A stretch of 63,145 bases of DNA, the filler included, from Aduncisulcus paluster (taxonomy: Eukaryota), in NCBI GenBank assembly GCA_024181965.1. It is 11 parts of 11 records of this genome, joined end to end, with 100 filler letters (N's around TTAATTAATTAA, not from the genome) between each part and the next. Parts side by side here need not be neighbours in the genome. Positions count along the whole stretch, not along the records: positions 58,875 to 63,145 come from BQXS01011658.1; 10 more parts are not named here. One strand, given 5' to 3'. The position numbers and the translations under genes are program-made. Below the pieces are notes generated by a model that saw only the letters and a program-made list of their open reading frames with translations, did not search any database and had not been told where the DNA came from. Of this stretch, positions 58,875-63,145 are shown one piece after another. Numbering within the stretch: the first letter of the stretch is position 1; every line of letters starts with the position of its first letter.

Positions 58875-59628
58875 TGTGAAAGTGATTAAGCAAGTTTCCT
58901 ATGTTCCCGAGTCAAGAAGTGTCTCTCGGGATTCTTCCAATGGATACGCTGCCCAGTATGCCGAGGAAAGAAGGAAGACCGGCACTGATATGTATTCTGG
59001 TGAAGAATATGAAGAATATGAAGAATATGAAGAAGAGGAGATTGTTGATGTCAAAGGAAGACCTGCAAATTCAGTTCACACAGCAGCAGGTTCATCCAAA
59101 TTGGTGGAAGAACATGAAGATGAGGGGGAATATGAATACTATGACGAGGAAGAAGAGGAAGAAGAAGAAGGAAAAGGAGAGAAGGAAGGGAAAGGAGTGA
59201 AAAGTCAGCCTTTGTCAATGAAGGATCTACAGAGTGCTCCGAAGGATGTGAAAAGATCAAAGGGATACGCTGGAAGGCAGCAGGGTGGGCATAGAAATGC
59301 GGTTGGAACTGTGGCAAGAAGAGGTGCTAAAATGGCTGTTATCGACATTAAAAATGCTGTATCTGCGGTAGCAAATCCATTAGATGATTTATATGGCCTA
59401 ACAAGCTTTAGAAGCATCGATCGTCGAAGTTCTATCTCAGAGAATCAGCCTATTTCTCGCTCTTTCTTGCTCAAGGCCTATGAAGAAACTTGCTCACATG
59501 TCCCTGCAAAAAAATCATCTGCTGAACCACAATCTATGCAACAATATACATCAAAAATGATTAAGCAACAGAGAATGCGTGCAAGAATGATGGGAAAACG
59601 GGTTCGTGGAAAGAATAATCGACTTTAA
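58875..59628 (+). CDS. 3' end of a hypothetical protein with EEY-rich acidic tracts, 5'-partial
   Basis: Frame open from the contig edge to TAA at 59628, followed by an AT-rich UTR. Confidence 0.7.
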
Positions 59629-59870
59629 CATCCACCTGTTTTGTTATGTTGTATTGTCATGAATATATAATAAGTAGAATTATAAATAGTAAATAAGTGT
59701 GTTTTAAACATATTTAAATGAAATTTATGATGGGAAAAATGCGTTTTCGAAAATTTTTCGATTTCCTTGTATTATTGGAATTTAACAAGTAATTTTGACT
59801 AAACTTTAACCTTGTATTTTTGTATTAAATTTATTTATCCTATTTATATGATTATTATCTGAACAAACGA

Positions 59871-62669
59871 ATGAAACATAAAAAACTTGAAGAATCCGGT
59901 GAATTAACACCATCAGAATTAGTTATTGACCATAAATTTGGTTCCAAGAATGACATATCTAAATATTCAAAAGAATCCACTCATATATCAAAAGAAATTC
60001 ATGAATTGAAACAATATACTACAAGTGAGGAGATTGCGAATGCATATATTTTATATGAACATGGAGACTATCATAATTCAATCTCATTACTTGAAAAAGT
60101 TCGCTCTTTACTTGAAATATTTTCTCAAACATCTCAGAATGCTCCATATCCTTTAATTCTTGATTCTCGTGTAACTGAAGCGTTATGTTACTTTAAATTA
60201 GGTCATATCGATCATTCACTATCCCTTTTGTCATCTTTGTTCCCCGTTTTCCCCGAAAGAATTGAAGCTTATCTTGTTTCTGCTGTGATCTGTCTGTGTA
60301 GTGGCCGTTATCAGCTGTGTAAAACTCATTTATTCGAGGTATTTCGCAAGCTTAAAGAGACTATGATGATAGGTTGGCCTGAAAGTAAGAAGAAAGTAAT
60401 ATTGGATCCATCAAAGCCCTCTTCAAAGACCTACCAAACATACATCCAAAGCCGGATCGATCAAGGCGCTGATTTCACAGCTACGATCCCAATTACATCG
60501 TTTTGTGAGGTTGAACAGGACCATACTTCATCCATTCCTCAGCCTATCTCCTTTGCCTCCTCCATTCTCGATTCTCAGGCCAAGACCAAAGATTCGCTAT
60601 TCCACCGAACTATAGTAACCCATTCTGCAGATTCAAGTCATGATTCGCCCATAAAGAGAGCATCAGGGAGTGATTCTGAAATGGTTGATGCTCCTTCTAT
60701 TCCAACTTCTTGCCATCCTTCTCTGAAATCTTATCCATTTTCCCATCGTCGTGTGATATCGGAGACATTATCCCTTGCATCGTTATTGCTTCTAAAAATA
60801 GGATCATGGCGCCAAAGTCTGATGTGCGCGTATTCATCTATTGCGTGGTGGCATGGATGTGGCACAAGTTGGCTTATTTCTGGATGGATATGTAAAGAGA
60901 TGTATGAAATGGAGAATCAAGAGCAGAAAAAAGAGAAATATGAGCGTAGAAAAAGAGACCGAGAAGAGAGGAAAGAGATGGAAAGAACTCAAGAACTATC
61001 GACGATGAGAGATAAGACAATTTCTCATTCGTTTGGAAAGAAAAGATCCTCTCAGAGATCCACAACTTCCTATCTTTCTTTGGACCATTGCACCCGCAAA
61101 AGCGGCAAGAAAGAGGTGAAGAAGGCAACTAACGAGAGTGCATTTGATGCCCAAGAAGAGGAAGAAGAAGAGAAAGAAGATCCTTGGTGGGTTGAGAAGA
61201 AAAAAACAATTGAAGAGACACATTTCTTACCAGGGCATGAAACTAAGAAGAATCAGAACAAAGCTAAATTCGATTTTATTTCTCATCCGTCTGTGTGGCA
61301 ATATATAAAGGGGAAATGGCTTGAAAGTTGGGATAAGTCTACCCAAAATAATAAGAAAAATGGGAATGAATCTTCAGTTTCATCAAAAGGGGTATCTCAG
61401 CATTCTAGTGGTGGGAAACATACGCTCAGAACCACTCAATCCCACCATTCGTCCCATCATAAAAAACAGCATGCTTCTCACCCAACTCGTCGAAGGAGAC
61501 CAACGTCTTCATCTTCTGTTTCTTCCGTTTCTTACAATCCTCAACTCTGCTCTCATCCCTCTTCGCCTGTTAGTTCTTTGGATCATTTCCATTCTCCCTC
61601 TAAAAAATCGTCCAAACCCTCGAGTCGGCTTGGATCCAGCTTATCGCATGCATCGACACTGGACATTCACGCTGATTCATTTCTTGATGAACTCCCTTCT
61701 ATGGTTCTCAAACCACTCTCGATGCTCTCCACTCTATCCTTAATATCTGGTGGTAGATTCACTGTTCCCCAGAGTGGTACTAGGACACACACTCTCCCGT
61801 ATCTTGCTCTTCTCGCACAGGCCTCAGAATATCTTGATGCTCCATTGGCTTTCATTGGGGGTGGAATGGAGCATATATTCACTTCCTCTGTCCTCATCTG
61901 GAGTATTTGTGAATGTATCTCATGTGTGTTAAGGATGAAAACATCATCTGCCGCAGAATATGCTCTATTGGAGGAGAAGGCAAGGAGTATTGGAGAGAGA
62001 AGAGCAGTGAGTGTGCTTGGAGGACATGGGAAAGAAGAACAAAGGAGATTAGAGGAGTGGAAACAAGCGAAAGAATGGAAACAATCTATTAAAATGGATC
62101 AATCACACGTGTCTTTGCCATTTTCTGGGCTTTCTCTGTCAAAAACTTCGCTTTCACTTTCTAAAAAGACTGGAAAACATGATGACCTTCTTAAAGATCT
62201 GAAATCTCCTGGGAAAGAAAAATCATCTCCGAACCCTATCGAGTTATCTGAACGATCATTAAGTGCTGAAGGAGAGGGCGATAATTCCCCTCCAAGTCCT
62301 TCTTTGAAAAGCATCCCCAATATTATATCGCACAAGCAAACTCTAACATACCATCCTTCGTTGGACATGATATTCGCTACAGAACTAAGAGATCTCACTC
62401 TAAATCATACTCATTCTCATTCTGATCTATTTTCGGCACTCAGAGAAACAATCACACCGATTCACAAGGCTACTTTGAGGAAAATTGTTACGGAGCGACG
62501 CCAAGAATTAATTCGGAAAGGAGAAGGGGAGAAACTCTCAGAATCATGGAAATTGAGCCAAAATAATGGAATGAACAATAGTCATGGTCAAATTAAAGTC
62601 AGTCAATCCACCCCTGTCTTTCATCCCCAAATGTCAACCTCATCCATCAATTCCTCTTCCTCTTCCTCT

Positions 62670-62704
<35 letters not shown>

Positions 62705-63145
62705 CTCTTCTTCTTCTTCAACTCTTCGAGATATTGAATCTGGTCCCATGGAAGTTCTGGAAGTTGCTAATAGCACTACCATTAATTCATCTATTGATTC
62801 CTCTTACCATTTATGGCTTGTGAAGGCAAGGAAACGCATGCAGAAACGAAAGAAGAGCGGCATTATTCATACGAAGTTTGTTGAGGCTCAGGAGGAGTCT
62901 AGGGTGACACAGAGCAAAAAGAATGCAGAAGGTCTGGCTGTTCGTCGTGAAGAGAGGAGGAAGAGACAAGAAAGTGTCATCAAAACACATTTAGATCCCT
63001 GGGTTCTTCTTGAAAGGGAAAGGATGCAAAGAGAATTGAAGGAGAGGGCAGAATTGAAGCGACAGAAAGACCTTGAATGGCAAGAGAGACAAAAGATACA
63101 ATCAAAGAGGTACTCAGAAATGGAAGGGAAAGTCATGAAACAAGC
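59871..63145 (+). CDS. Large protein with N-terminal TPR-like repeats and S/E-rich regions, 3'-partial (>1090 aa)
   Basis: ATG 59871 (MKHKKLEESGELTPSEL...). AYILYEHGDYHNSISLL and ALCYFKLGHIDHS are TPR-like. The same frame reads MEGKVMKQ at the window end. Absent from the ORF track because it has no stop. Confidence 0.8.

Overview
This is eukaryotic DNA, not a prokaryotic chromosome: an AT-rich, gene-dense, intron-poor protist genome using the standard genetic code. The window is a pseudomolecule of 11 separate contigs/scaffolds joined by ten artificial 100-nt linkers (N44-TTAATTAATTAA-N44). Two further 20-N gaps have duplicated flanks. Gene adjacency across linkers is therefore meaningless and many genes are truncated. 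Long poly-E/poly-S tracts, divergent kinases, GTATGT introns and a recurrent lineage-specific domain suggest a free-living fornicate metamonad such as Aduncisulcus; this is an inference from memory, not checked. Recognisable genes: ATG3, valyl-tRNA synthetase, a MATE transporter, tRNA-Phe(GAA), a ubiquitin 3' end, UTP7/WDR46, an RRM protein, a TFC4-like TPR protein, a dual-specificity pseudophosphatase, an eIF2B delta-like C-terminal half, UMP-CMP kinase, a PQ-loop transporter, V-ATPase subunit D (one intron), a cathepsin B-like protease, NAA30/MAK3, a multi-pass membrane kinase, a pseudokinase and an EGF/LRR surface protein. The most intriguing pattern is that several conserved genes (eIF2B-like, UTP7, TFC4-like, an LRR gene) are interrupted or headless at their 5' ends inside contigs. 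Two of them start right after acceptor-like T-rich...TTAG sites. This could reflect split (trans-spliced) introns or recoding, but indel errors in AT-rich sequence are an equally or more likely explanation, and the assembly demonstrably contains such errors.
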